A DNA stretch of 64,000 nucleotides from Enoplolaimus lenunculus (GCA_030248215.1 JASANG010002537.1:496001-560000); one strand, 5' to 3'. Counted from the first letter of the stretch, positions 51,076-64,000 are shown. The notes: a model not told the origin generated them from the sequence alone. A program made the numbers and translations.

Positions 51076-54000
51076 GTGGAGGACGTGTTGTCTCGATTTT
51101 TTGTTTCTGAAGACACGTTACGTCAATTGATGGAACGCATGTCTGCCATGATGGATTTGGGGTTACGAGAAGGAGCAAAAGCGTCATCAGTCGCAATGTT
51201 GCCATCATTTGTATGGAATGTTGTTGAACAATTAGGTTGGTAAGCAATCTGCATTGGTATGTGAAGATTTCGGTGTGATTAAATTTCACTTAAGAAAATT
51301 TTTGGCTACAATTTTTGCAAGTCTTTTTGAAGCAACTAAAATTATACTTCGATATTTTCCATAAGCTACGTACTATTTTATTCAAGCTGAATGATATTAA
51401 AAGTTAAAACCTGCAATTTATTCAGTACTTCGTGTTAAAGAAAATCCAGGCATAATATTTTAAACTTACTTCGTCTTTTAATTATCTAGATGCACAGTAA
51501 CTGTCTAATGAAGCTAACGTTTTATGATGCTGTCTGTCAAATGTAGGTATCTTTGGACTTGGGTTGTTAAACGTAAGGCTCTACTTTAATACTGTAAACC
51601 ACGTAGCACATTTTGAAGTTTTATGCTTGAGTTTTCAGATAGTGGAAAGTTTCTCGCTATGGACTTAGGTGGCACAAATTTGCGATGCATGTTGTATGAA
51701 GTTTTGCCTGGAGATCCTAAGCACAAATCGTACAGTCGAAATGTTCGCATCACAAACAAAGCTATGAAAGGAACTGCAGAAGAAGTATAATGTATAATTG
51801 TCTTATTTATTTATTAGTATATCCACATATATACTCGTACTGAAACCATGAGTTTACTGCAACAATAAATGATATACGTGGTCTTCAACAAATTTGCAAT
51901 TCTGCAAAAGTGCAACCTGAATTTTGGTCTTGGTGGGTGAGTCAATCGGGTATTCTTGTGTACGCCGCTGCTTGAGCGTTTTCAATAGTGTTGTTGCATG
52001 TTATATATTAGAAGTTGCCCGCATAACATACAAATATTTTGGCATACGTTGGCTGGGTTTCCGAAATCTAACTTAAGTATTTGTTTAAGTATATAAGTCA
52101 CCGACTTACGTATATTCATAACTAAGATTTCAAAAAACAAGCCAATGTATACGAATAGTATATTTGGAATCCGATTTAAGCAAATAGTTATATTTTTGAG
52201 AAAAAAACGTGTCATAACAAGAAAGCAACAGTTTGCTTCATATTAAGGAGGCATCATGAGTCTTTAATTTTAATTAGATCAAATGATATGACAAGCTTGT
52301 TGTGTATAACGTGCAATTTTCAGTTAAACCTATTTATTTTCAGCTTTTTGATTTCATTGCAAACGCATTGGCAAATTTTCTTCAAGAAATGGGATTGCTA
52401 GGTTCTGGCCTTCCGCTAGGGTTCACGTTTTCTTATCCATGTGACCAAAAAAGCATTCGTTCATCTGTCTTGTTAAAGTGGACAAAAGGTAAGTTTATGA
52501 AACTAAAACGGGTTAAGATTTCTCATCAATATTAACTAAAGGATCGCAGGAACATTTATTAAGTTTTAGTAAACAGTTACATCGACAGTTATTATTGTGA
52601 TTGCTGGTAAAAAACTTTATGAATAATTTATTTTGACAATCTATTTTTTCCGTTGATTTTCAAAAATTTACCGACACAGAGACTTTTCATGGCCGGTCTC
52701 GGTAGTCAAGTCTCAGTTTTTAACCGACACCGCAAATCCCTGATGCCGTCTGCAATTCTAATACATGATTCTTAAAGAACTGATATAATTACTACGTTAC
52801 ATCATTATAAACGCAAAGGCTTTAATCTTAACCACCGTAAACGGTTATAATTATCTGTTCGTGGCTATTTACATTCAAGGATTTGAAACAACCGGTGTTG
52901 TGGATCACGAAGTCGTTCAACTGCTTGAAGCGGCGATCGAAAGAAACGGAGTAAGTTTAACTTATAAATATGGTTTCTCAGCAAAGGATTGAAAACTATG
53001 TTAAAAGGCAATACACAATTATTTCAGTGGAATAGTTAGTACATTCCACCTTTAAAATAGCTTCTTCGGTATCGTATATTGTAAAATTTTACGTATATGC
53101 ATTATTTAATTTGTCTTTGTCACTGCTAAAGAACGCTGGTTGATTTTGCTAGTAAATAAGATTTTGTGCTGTGCTGGAACGTTTGCAACCCGCCCACGTT
53201 GCAAGCGTGCGGGATACCTGATGCCTGGTATATTTATTTCAGTGCCAACAAGAACAACTAGCCTTGTTTTTTTTATAAATTTCAATGTTAAATGCAGACT
53301 GGCACTAATCCACGATTTGATCAAATCAGAGTCTATTGTGCATTTGCCGAATCCTCCGAACCTTTCATTTTGCAAAACCTTTCATTTTGCAAATTGCAGT
53401 TATATCGAGTATTTCTTTCATAATACCAACAAAATGCCAAAATTTAACAAAATTATTACATTGCTTTTCGACATGAAAATCTAATAAACTGTTATTTAAA
53501 ATCTTTATTGTTTAAAAATATACGCACATATTTCGGAAGATTGGTGGATTCGGCTTTTTCACGATGCAAGGCGAACATTACCGCCAGCTTTTGCCCGGAC
53601 CGAATCTGAACTTCTGTTATCATCACGGTTGAATCGGCTATTTTCTTTATGAAAAAGTGTGATAGCGCGCGGTCGATCGTGGATGAGCAATTTCTTTTGA
53701 AATTTTGAGCAAATTAATATTTGTGCACATATTTTTGCTGGATGTATCCCATATGGTACATTTTCTTTTTGAATTGAGTCATATTGAACGAGCTCTAATT
53801 TGTTGGCTGTTAGCAAAATATTGCAAATAAATTGCAACGTATAATTTGGTAACGAAATGAAGTCATGTAAGAATCCAATTTTAAAAGGTACAGTTAAACT
53901 TTGAAGCCGTTTTAGAAAATCAACGTTCGCGTGGTGGCTATTCTTAATGATACGGTAGGCACCCTGATGTCCGCAGCAGCCGATTATTCAAACGTTCATG

Positions 54001-57000
54001 TTGGTGTTATTGTTGGTAGGAATTGATTAGTGTTTTTAATGATCTAGTCTTGTATTGGTAAATGGTTTGTAAGTCTTAAGATTGTAGTACTAAGTGTTGC
54101 GCTGTGGTCCGCACGTCACCGCACGGCGGCGCGTCTGGGCACAAATGCCGCCATGTTGCGCATCTGTGATTTTCTTATATTTGTGACGCGATGCGGCAAG
54201 CGGCGTTGCAACAAAGTGCAGCGCTTCCTCTACTGTTGTGCAACACCGCATTTTCCCATGTTGCGTAAGCTTGTTATGCTTAATGAAACAACATTCTGAT
54301 TCTTTTGTTTTAGTAGATGCTTTCTGTTTTGTAACTTTCTGTGTCTTAATGAGAAAAACGCGAATGTTTTTGTGCAGTACATTACTATTTCATAATTAGC
54401 CACATGTTTTTGAAAATGATTGCCGAATATTTAAGTTAGATTTTTCATTCTTGTTTTAGCGACTGGAACCAACTGCGCTTACATGGAACGAACCAATCAA
54501 CTGACCATGTTACAGGGGAACGTAGAAGTAGCACAGCATAGTCAAGTATTTACCAGGGTGCAAACGGAATTCCGATTCCGATTAGAATTCCGATTCAAAA
54601 GGAATTCCGATTCTGATTCCGATTACACAATCAATAGGAATCGGAATTTCTACGTTTTGATTTTAGGCCTATTTGTGATATGTTGCATAAAAATTCTGCA
54701 TCGTGTATCTATTACATTGTTTTCGATGAGTTAACTTATCAATAATTGACAAAAAAGATTGTCAATTTGTTCGTACGATGTTTTCGAGATTTGTTACCAG
54801 CCAACAGACACCCTAAATCAATATTCTACTTGTGAATACAATTATCCGTTAAGTCACAAAATTTGTAGTTCCGATTCCGGTATAAATTTGCTGTTCCGAT
54901 TCCGCTATAATCCAGTTCCGTTTTGCACCCTGTATATAAAAAATTTCGCTGCATTTTTAGTGTTTACTTCTATCGTTAGCAGGAAAATTGTGTACGGGAT
55001 TGTTTCGACTCATAACTTCACTGCAGCATGTAGAGCGTACTCGCCAACGTTGTTAAAAGAGTGCTTGTCTTTTGGAAGTGAAAACTTTATATAGTCATGC
55101 TCCAAACTACAATTTTGCACACGCACACACTAGTCCTGTCGGCAATCTGCTCGTGACATATTTGAGCAAATAAGTAGCAAATTCACTGTTGCATTGGCAC
55201 CGCTCATCCATCCCACAATTTTCAGAGGAAATTGCGAACCCGGGGGATTTTTCGAGTTGGGGGCTGAACCTGGGTGAATTGTGGGGCCCCACTCCCCAAC
55301 AAAATGCCATATAACTAAAAGATGTTCTTGACATTTAATGAATGCAGATTATTAAAAAAAGAAAGAAACATTCACTGATATGAGTTTAAGAAAACAATGT
55401 TATTTTTTTGCATTCAGATGATTATCGACACAGAATGGGGCGGTTTTGGAGATAGCGGTGAAATTGATTTTGTTAAAAATGAATATGATCATATCGTTAA
55501 TTCACGCTCAACACATCCTGGGTCATACACGTAAGCCAAGAGCGTAGCCAGGGGTGTAGGGTTTTGGAGGTCAAACACCTTTTGGGGTTTGTATTACGGG
55601 GTCTCTGAGAACTTATTCAGTTGGGAACACAAGAAACCTCCTTCAAAAGTTTTGTAGAACGTATAACCTTGCAGAAATCCTGGGCAAGCTAATGTCGGAC
55701 GTAAGCATATATTGTCTTGTCAGTGCTACATAAACAAACTTTCAGGAGCTCCGCTCCGCTAGCGTTCGTGTATAGCCTCTTATTTGTACCGACTGCAAGA
55801 CTCTTCAAACTAGCAATGTTTTGCAAAATTGTGAACTTGAACTTGTATGATTTTAGTGAATGAATAATTATATTGTAGTTATTTAGAATATTATTAACAT
55901 TACTAATGGCATGTGGCTTATAAACGCGGTATATATGTGATGGTAAAAGTTATGACATGATTGTTCCGTTGGTTGTTTAGGTTCGACAAACTAATAGCAG
56001 GAATGTATATGGGGGAACTTGTTCGAATGGCACTTGAAACGCTGGTAAATAACCGTGTTATTTTTAACGGCGTAGGATCTGATTTATTTCATACTCCGGG
56101 ATCATTTCCGACAAAATTTATATCCGAGATTTTGAAGTACGTTTACCGTCTGCGCTCATGAAGTCTTAAATGATAGAATAAGCTATAATTAATCACGTTT
56201 AAAGCTATTTAGCTAGAATTCATGATTTCAGGACGCTGTAGCATATTGAGCTCTGGTATTAAATTTAACACAACTTTGAATTAAACTGGTATTTATCAGC
56301 AAAATCATAATATTATGACTTTTTCGTGTCGAGTTGAGACATAACATAACCACTGTCTAGTTATTTACGAACAAAACTATGATACAGCGAGTTTTGTTCG
56401 AGGTGACAGAACTAAGTCATTAACCTGTACTTTTATATATCATGTTTTGGCGCACCTTCGTTAAGGGTGTAAAGCGGAACTTTATTATATCGGAATCAGA
56501 ATCGGAACAGCAAATATATATCGGAATCTGAACTACAAATTTTGTGACTATACGGATAATTTGTATTAACAAGTATAATATTGATTTAGGGTGTCTGTTG
56601 GCCGGCAACAGTTCTCAAAAACGTCGCAGCGAACAAATTGGCAATCATTTTTTGGCTCTGTAAAACTAAACTACAATCAATTATTGATCAGTTAACTCAT
56701 CGAAAACAATTTAACAAATAAATGATGCAGAATTTTTATACAACATATCACAACAAAATATAGGCCTAAAATTAAAATGTGGAAATTCCGATCCCGATTG
56801 TTATTGCAATCGGAATCCGAACTCGTTTTGAAACGGAATTGTAATCGGAGTAGGAATTCCGATTGCACCCTGATTCGTTAGCAGGGCTTTGATCGCTAGG
56901 TTTCAACAGACACTTATGTGTGCCTTCAAACAACGATGGTAACTCTTAGTTTCAACGTCGAATAGATGGTAAACATGATATTTTTTCTATATCAGTTCTG

Positions 57001-58097
57001 TATTAATGTAAATGTAAAATACTTTGAAATTTATATAATGTAAAGTTACACTATGTTGTACTAATAAATAGAATCTTAAAATAACACCTAGTAACAATAA
57101 TCATTCTGTATCAAACTAAAAGATACTGGATTTAGCATACAATTTTAATGTAGCGGAGAATCCTCGCAAATTGTCAACATTAAAATGTTCTATACTTCTG
57201 TCAGAGCATTCAGTGTTGTGATGTGACATCTTTGTGTTTTTGTGTAATATTGCTATGATAGGTATGCAATGTTTTAGCGACGAAACGCCACATTTATCTC
57301 AGTGTCGTGAAATCCTTGAAGAACTCGGTATTGAGTGTTATACATTCAGTGATTTGTTGATTGTTCGTGAAATGTGTGTTGCAGTTTCGAAACGATCAGC
57401 GAAATTTACTGCCGCAGGTAAAGTAAGCTTTTACACGATAACCGGTAGGCTGTGTTGCACTTTGTTCATGATGCCGTGAGTTAAAATTCGTAGGAATTCT
57501 TAGTTTTAAAGAAAACAAAGAATATACGTTATGGTAATTACTGTTTGCATACTGAAACTTTATTGGCATTGCATTGTGCTATAGACGTATGAGATCTTTG
57601 TGCGAGAATATTGCAAACAATTCGTTAATTCATACCTATTGGTTTAGGAATTGCAACAGTCCTGAATAGAATCAAAAAACCGTGTGTTACAGTTGGTATT
57701 GACGGCTCAACGTACTGGTTTCATCCCCATTACAATTCTTGGGTGGAGAAAACGATCGGGAAGTTGGTTGATCCTGTGGTTTCAGAGGTAACAGGTTTTT
57801 TGTCAAGGTTCCTGGCTTAAACTTAAAGTGTGATTTTTAAGCTCGTGAACGAAAATTTGCAATGACCTGAGTTGGTGTTTTCATGGAAGTTATTATTTTC
57901 TTTAGCATTTTTTATCTGCCTTATGCTTAAACTGTGATTATTAATATTCACGAGCGAACAGAATTTATAACCGCCTGGTAATTGTTGCTTATTCTTGCTA
58001 GTTTTGGTTTCAGTTCAAACTGGTTCCAACTGAAGACGGCAGTGGACGAGGTGCGGCGTTGGTTGCAGCGTGTGTTGAGCAAGAGAGTAATTATTGA
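51076..58097 (+). CDS. hxk: Hexokinase (single-domain ~50 kDa type); at least 11 exons, N-terminal exon(s) unresolved
   Basis: Exons 51076-51235, 51639-51784, 52344-52488, 52880-52950, 53916-54015, 54460-54545, 55418-55530, 55981-56136, 57278-57417, 57648-57787, 58014-58097 (TGA); phase-consistent. Motifs [91 protein letters not shown]. Confidence 0.95.
54554..54932. mobile_element. hAT-like MITE, CAGGGTG family, in a hexokinase intron
   Basis: CAGGGTGCAAACGGAA...TTCCGTTTTGCACCCTG with TTCCGA internal repeats; related to 56464-56872 in the opposite orientation. Confidence 0.75.
56464..56872. mobile_element. hAT-like MITE, CAGGGTG family, in a hexokinase intron
   Basis: AGGGTGTAAAGCGGAA...TTCCGATTGCACCCTG. 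TSD CTTCGTTA and ATTCGTTA (7/8). Confidence 0.75.
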
Positions 58098-59116
58098 TAA
58101 AATCATTTCACGAAAAATCATTCTACGAAATTTTATTTTTACGACTTATCTGACTTATATTAAACAGTATTTGGACACGAAGTGTAAAATTTTTTGATCG
58201 CTACTAGTCGCGCCTAGAAATGGTGTAGCAGTTGCGTCGCAAACCGCGGTAGTAACCGCGTTTACACACAATATTGAAAACTTGCTAGACAAAATGAAAT
58301 TCTTGACGCTGGTATACCCGCGGGTAAAAAATTTCAAAGCGCGGGCAAAAATTTGTGATATATCCACGAGTAGTTTTCTGAATGACATCTTGAGAAATTG
58401 CGACGAAACCACAAATGTGTGATTATACGATCTTAATAACAACAATGAGTTCGTACAGACAAACCGTTTTGATTCATTGATCATGATCACTCATCGGCAG
58501 ATAACCTAGTTTTACCGTTGTGTAGGTGTAAAGTAAAGCGACATACACTAAACTGATAAATTTTGCTAAATTCTGCAAAATTTTACTACCGAAATTGGCG
58601 GAACCTCCGGCAAAAATTACATCGGAGCCGGACGCCGATTTTCTGCCGGAGTCGGAGGCAGACTTCCGCTTGTACCCTGTTTTTACACGTTTGCCCGGCA
58701 GTCGCTCCTGCTCTGTTTTCCTCCATTTTTTTGTGAGAGACTTGTACCTAGTTTCAAGCTGTGAGAAAACCTGCGGGTAACACAAGAGTTGGGATGATTA
58801 CACTAGGTTCAACCTGGAGAAACTGTTGCCTAGCTACTACATTTAACAATTTAATGCTTTTTTGTTTTTATTTATATATAGTATCGCAACGTTTTGCCTA
58901 TTGCTGCAAATGCAGTCTCAAAAACACACTGCAATTGCGCTGTGTGGCTATGACTTGTCGTGCTGTTTTTATTTTTGTGGCAACGACCATTTAGCATATT
59001 GCTGTTCCCAATACTCTGAAAAAAGTGGTGACATTAACCTTAGGAAGACTAATGTGGGCTGTCAATCTTGGTAGGAACCGGGACATCAGACCTTTCTACT
59101 AAGCAGCTGGAAAAAC

Positions 59117-59189
59117 GGGCTAGATCGGGGATCGAACTCTCAGCCTATGGATCCTTAAGCGAGCACTCTACCACTGCGCCACGTAGCCC
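59117..59189 (-). pseudogene. tRNA-derived sequence (tRNA pseudogene or SINE head), copy 1
   Basis: 73 nt, GGGCTAC..TAGCCC acceptor-like stem, A box TGGCGCAGTGG, B box GTTCGATCC, followed by TTTTT. Anticodon arm pairs poorly. Confidence 0.7.
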
Positions 59190-59468
59190 GCCTCTCCAAC
59201 TGCATTTTTCGTCGACTATATGTGTGTCGACCGTATGCAGCCAGCTAGCATACATACAGTGCACTGCACTATATTTAACGGACAAGCATGTCTCACATGC
59301 TTACATGCCCTTATTTTCAACAAGGTCGTCCCTTGACCGTCCATCCTATTTTCGACTGGATACCGTGCTCATAGCGCGGCAATTTGCCATTGCGCTCACG
59401 GCGTGGCCCCCATGTCAGTCTTGGTAGGAACCGGGACATCAGACCTTTCTACTAAGCAGCTGGAAAAC

Positions 59469-59541
59469 GGGCTAGATCGGGAATCGTACTCTCAGCCTAT
59501 GGGTCCTGAAGCGAGCACTCTACCACTGCGCCCCGTAGCCC
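59469..59541 (-). pseudogene. tRNA-derived sequence, copy 2, with mutated B box
   Basis: Direct duplicate about 352 bp from copy 1; B box reads GTACGATTC. Confidence 0.65.
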
Positions 59542-60786
59542 GCCTCTCCAACTGCATTTTTCGTCGACTATATGTGTGTCGACCGTATGTAGCCAGCTAG
59601 CATACATACAGTGCACTGCACTGTATTTAACGGACAAGCATGTCTCACATGATTACATGGGCAACTGTCAGTGTGTGCCTCACCCACACCTCATCTAGAG
59701 CTCAGATATATACAGAAAATGAAGCAAGTGAACGCGCATTTTGCATGTTTTAGGAATGAATTTGTTTTTAAACGAAATATTACTAGCTCAAGAGAGATTA
59801 ACGACTAGATGTCTGATAAATGGCCTTTGTGTATGAGATTTTTCATCTATTCATCAGTTTACGGTATTTACAGGAACTAAACTTCTGTCACGGGTTACAC
59901 ATACGCAAAAGAGTTAACTCTAACTAATATATGTGCCTATTTTATGCTCGACTATCTCGGTGATATTTTATTTTAAAATTCCCGTTTTTATTGTTCGTTT
60001 ATTTTCAATGCGGCTTATGTATTAAACCTGAATACGTTTGTCAGTTGTCTATTAGAAACTACCGTCAAGATAATTACGCCCGTATTTTTACTCTTAGTCT
60101 TTAATTTAGGCTTAGACATTGTGTAAACGTGTAGTTATGATAACGGAAACGGATAGTGACCAACATAACGGGAATGAAAAGGATATAAAGCAAAACATTT
60201 CAAAGATGTTTTTGTTTTCTGCCAATACAATTGAGAATTGTTAATATATATTCACTACGGCAAATTTAACAATAGTGGAAGACTGCATATATGAGCGAAG
60301 CGAGCTGGAAGCCAAATAGAGGTCCGGCTCCGACAGAAAATCGTCGGTTCCGGTAGAATTTTTGACGGAGGTTCCGTCAATCTCGGTAGTAAAATTTTGT
60401 ATAATTTTGAAAAAATTATCTGTTTAGCGCGTTTCGTTTTACTTTTGTGACAATGTTTCCTGAAAGAATTTCCGAAAGTTCTCACAAAATTAGCGTAAAA
60501 GCAAACAAATTTACAACACATTGCAGATATTGGCTAAAATGAACTATAATTAACCATCATTTTTACTACCTAATTTCACTCACCTCCGGTTCCGACAAAT
60601 TTCATTGACCTCTGGTTTCGACAAATTTCATTGACCTCTGGTTTCGGCATTTTTCACCTTCGGTTGCTCCCTGCGGGATATCCGTTTACAGTAAAAATCC
60701 GGTGCACCAGTTTCTGTTTTAGAAATACCGAAATTTCGGTTAGGTTTTACGCTCAAAATAGTTACATTCAACCAGGGCACAACCGA

Positions 60787-61522
60787 ATGTCTGCCAGAAA
60801 ATCGACGCCGGATCACCGCACTAGTCATTTTACAGATGGGACAAATATATGTTCGTTTTGTTATTTGGATGGAATTGAAGTGCGGGAGGATAATGTTCAT
60901 GTGTTTATTTATTGTTTGCGGGCGCAAGAAATTAGTTTTTTCATTACTCCCGTTTTGCAACAGGTAGCTGGAGTAAATGAAATAACGATTTCGGATTTAA
61001 TTTTGGGACGAAATATTCACGACCCATTAAAGAGAATAGCTTTTAATTTCATCGTCCAACATGCACAATTGGCAATATGGAGTGCTCGATGTAAACTCGA
61101 GTTTAACAATGAAAATGTTTGTGTTGTTGATGTTTTTCAGGAAAATGTTTATAGAAATTTGTGCAAACTTAAGCTGTATCTAAAAAAAGAATGTTTTTTA
61201 AGGTTTTTGGAACAATAACCCGACAGAATGATAGCATGCTGGGTTTTCGAATGTCTTTTTCTCAGCGTACCTGATTTGTAGTTTGTTTTGAAACTAGGTT
61301 TCTTGTGTGCTTTTTAACATATTTGCTCTGAATAATATCCTTGCAAGCAGAGTAGAATAATGGGTAATTTTCAAGGACCTTTGTTATGTTATGATAATAT
61401 GTTGTTGCCTTCTTTGGTTTATATAATTGCTTTCGTTGATGTAAATGTGGTTTATCCTTTTAATAAAACCCGGGGTGTTCGGCAAACGAGCGCTTCGGAC
61501 TTAAACTTAAACTAAAAAAAAA
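60787..61522 (+). mobile_element. 5'-truncated non-LTR retrotransposon (L1/Tx1-like ORF2 C-terminus, 3' UTR and A tail)
   Basis: ORF ending 61218 has CSFC..EDNVHVFIYC (zf-RVT-type CCHC) and LAIWSARC. AATAAA at 61462, stem-loop 61470-61498, (CTTAAA)2, A9 at 61514-61522. The 5' boundary is approximate. Confidence 0.8.
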
Positions 61523-62099
61523 ACTAGGATTTTGGCATTCTAAATGGTGTGTTTACAGCATTAACAGCGATGAAATATTTGGTAATAAATATTTTTTTCG
61601 GTTCCGGTATTTTATAATTCCGGTTGCAACCTTGCTGGCAGGGTCTAACCGGATATAGAAATAATGGAAACGTAAAGAACAGAGCGGAACAGTATTATAA
61701 GCATGCATATTCGTAAGCCTAATCCCGAGCCAAGCAAAAAATTAGTCTACAGCTTTAGCTTACTCTATATTCTAGTGCCACAGAAAAACTCTCCGGCCCT
61801 GACATAAGCCGAAGTTGAACGGATAGAAATCAAAATAACGGAAACGGACATTGAATTATATAAAGTTTCGACGATGCAATATTTTTATGCCAACACAATT
61901 GAATCAATTGCAAATATTCACCAGGCTTTCTAAAATTTTACACAGAAACAGCGGATGCACTGAAAAAGACTGGACGAATTTCGCAATTTTTATTCATATC
62001 GAAAATTCACCGCAGCACATCTGTACCGCAAAATTTGCGGTTCGGTTCGGATTCGGTCGTCGTGGATTCGGTGCCACTGATATATCTCATCAAATGTCT

Positions 62100-62253
62100 G
62101 GTCAATGTGCATAACAGGGCCGTAGCAGTACTATAAGCATATTCCTAAACTTACGTCTTAAGCGTAAGAATGAGCTTATACCTAAACCTAAGGCCGCTTT
62201 TAGGCAAAAGAATATACTCATACTACTGTACAGCTCTGTTCTATACATTGGCC
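62100..62253. mobile_element. GGCC-ended telomere-repeat MITE (subfamily B, diverged)
   Basis: GGTCAATGTGCATAACAGGGCCG...CTGTTCTATACATTGGCC. Confidence 0.65.
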
Positions 62254-64000
62254 GCCTAAACCTAAGCAAAAAATCTGTTTAACGCTTAAGATTACACTGT
62301 TGCAGTCTCGCAAAAAATGTTCCGCTCCTGATCTTTACATGCTCCAAAAGTCCTAACAGCTCTAAAACAAAAACACGAGTTTAAATGTGAAAAAGTTAAG
62401 AATTGATATAACACAATACAATGAAAAGTATTTCTCACAAAATAAACAAACCAAAAAGCAATTCTGTCTTTTGGCAAAATCAATAAGATCCTTATTTAAT
62501 AGTTATCGAGGTCTGCTCTCAATCTTACAATAATACTAAAAATCTACACAAATAAGCTACGCTCTTACCTGCAGATTCAAACTTTTAAAACTGATATGTC
62601 ACATTCTAGAAGCAAGCCTTTTTTGAATAATTTAAGCCTATGGGTGGAGTATACAAGAGCTAGCATTTCTCAAATCGGTATTATTCGGATTTTTTCAAAA
62701 CATATCAAATGATGCTTGTAGACCAAATGCTGAACACTAAATGAAATGAAATACGATGCTTCTTCAAAATAACGCCAACCCCAAATCAGAATTGAAACTA
62801 ACAATAGTTTAGCATTGTACAGTCGTTCAAGCTTAAAGTTTGCCATTCTCTTAATAGGTTTTTCATCCGCGCTAATATTACAGACAATCGTGTTCCATCC
62901 AACATACTAAATTATTTTTAAAGCTGCATTCAGCGGAATAGGCACTGAGCAAATCAATCAATACGAACATGGCCAATATTACTTTTAGAGCCGTTATACT
63001 ACATTATACGTACATATCTCTAAGCCTAAGCATAAACCTAAGTGTTAATCCTAAGCTTAAACAAAATACATATCTGTCTAAAATCTAGTCTACTACTCTG
63101 TTGCAGTCGCGCTAGACAACGGGGCGGCTCGAAACGTAACATAATCTCAAACATGTATGTAAAAACACTTCGCAAACACAAATGTAGGTAATATATCACA
63201 ATGAATTCCAATAGAAAACTTCTTTTAAATGTCCAAGCAACGACACACGTAGCAATGTTACAGGCCACCGGAATGTGGCAAATCGGAATGTGGCAAATCC
63301 CACAAAACATATTTCACGACATGGCGTGCCGTTAATACGGCACATGCTAATTATGCAGGCCTGCTTATTAAGCCTAAGCATCAGTTTTAGGGTTGCGCTA
63401 TACTCTACTGTACTGGATGCCGTCGTGCGTTGCTGACAAAAATATATGAAGAATCTATTTGGTGTGGCGTGTGGCGAATTATAACAAAAAAGTTTTATCA
63501 CGCCGCGCAAGGGCGTCCGGAGGCGCGCGCCAAATACAGCGTAACCCTTATCCTCACAGTATGCAGTCTGTAAGTCCATCAATCTTTCCATCAGCAAACT
63601 TTGGATATGATTTTAATACAATTAAAGTTCAAATTGGAAAAAATGTTGCAGTACACTACCCTTATATTATAGAGTGGGGTAATGATAACTTGATACACAT
63701 TTTCTATACAAAATGTATCCAGTGGTATACGCTTGTCAGAAAGCATTATTTACTGTTGATACAAAGTGATCATTTAGAAACCATTAAACTATAACAGAAT
63801 AGACAGTGCGTTAAATTTACAATTAACTTATATTTCACAATAACCGTATTTTAGTATTTACCTAAAAACTGCCAACACAGCAGCCGCAGCAAGCAACCAT
63901 GAAACATCATATGGCTCAACAAAAATAACGGTTACAATACAACAAACACCAACGAACAACTGCGAACAGAAAAACAAACAAAACACCACAATATGTATAC

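Larger units (their letters stand above)
59060..59659. repeat. Direct duplication of a ~250-bp unit (about 59060-59307 and 59413-59659)
   Basis: Near-identical TCTTGGTAGGAACCGGGACATCAG...GGACAAGCATGTCTCACATG in both copies. Confidence 0.9.

Noticed and set aside
50885..51289. 134-aa minus-strand ORF with a signal-peptide-like stretch
   Set aside because: Antisense to the conserved hexokinase exon 51076-51235.
59117..59189. Functional tRNA gene
   Set aside because: Anticodon and T stems pair poorly and no anticodon can be assigned confidently; kept only as tRNA-derived.
60631..60786. N-terminal part of the 195-aa ORF as LINE protein
   Set aside because: It runs through MITE and tandem-repeat sequence; LINE-like content begins only near 60790.

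Overview
AT-rich, intron-rich eukaryotic genomic DNA, most likely from a nematode (inferred from scattered TTAGGC telomere-type repeats, TTTTCAG-like acceptors and the hexokinase motifs). Most listed ORFs are spurious. By hand-splicing GT-AG exons with consistent phases I reconstructed: (1) one exon of a CUB-domain gene (1497-1720, minus, incomplete); (2) an 11-exon gene (14586-26835, minus) for a ~783-aa secreted PAN-PAN-Thr-rich-C-type-lectin-PAN protein; (3) a 5-exon CECR6/TMEM121-family gene (29899-34528, minus); (4) a 7-exon astacin metalloprotease with degenerate ShK-like tail (40032-48112, minus); (5) a hexokinase with at least 11 exons (51076-58097, plus, N-terminus unresolved). Introns and intergenic DNA are packed with mobile DNA: an internally deleted piggyBac, a TTAA-flanked MITE family carrying a tRNA-derived Pol III head, MITEs filled with telomere-type repeats, hAT-like and TA-flanked MITEs, a 5'-truncated L1/Tx1-like LINE with a 3' stem-loop, a tandem pair of tRNA-like sequences, and two minisatellites. 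No CRISPR array or prokaryotic system is visible. All calls come from reading the sequence; no searches were run.
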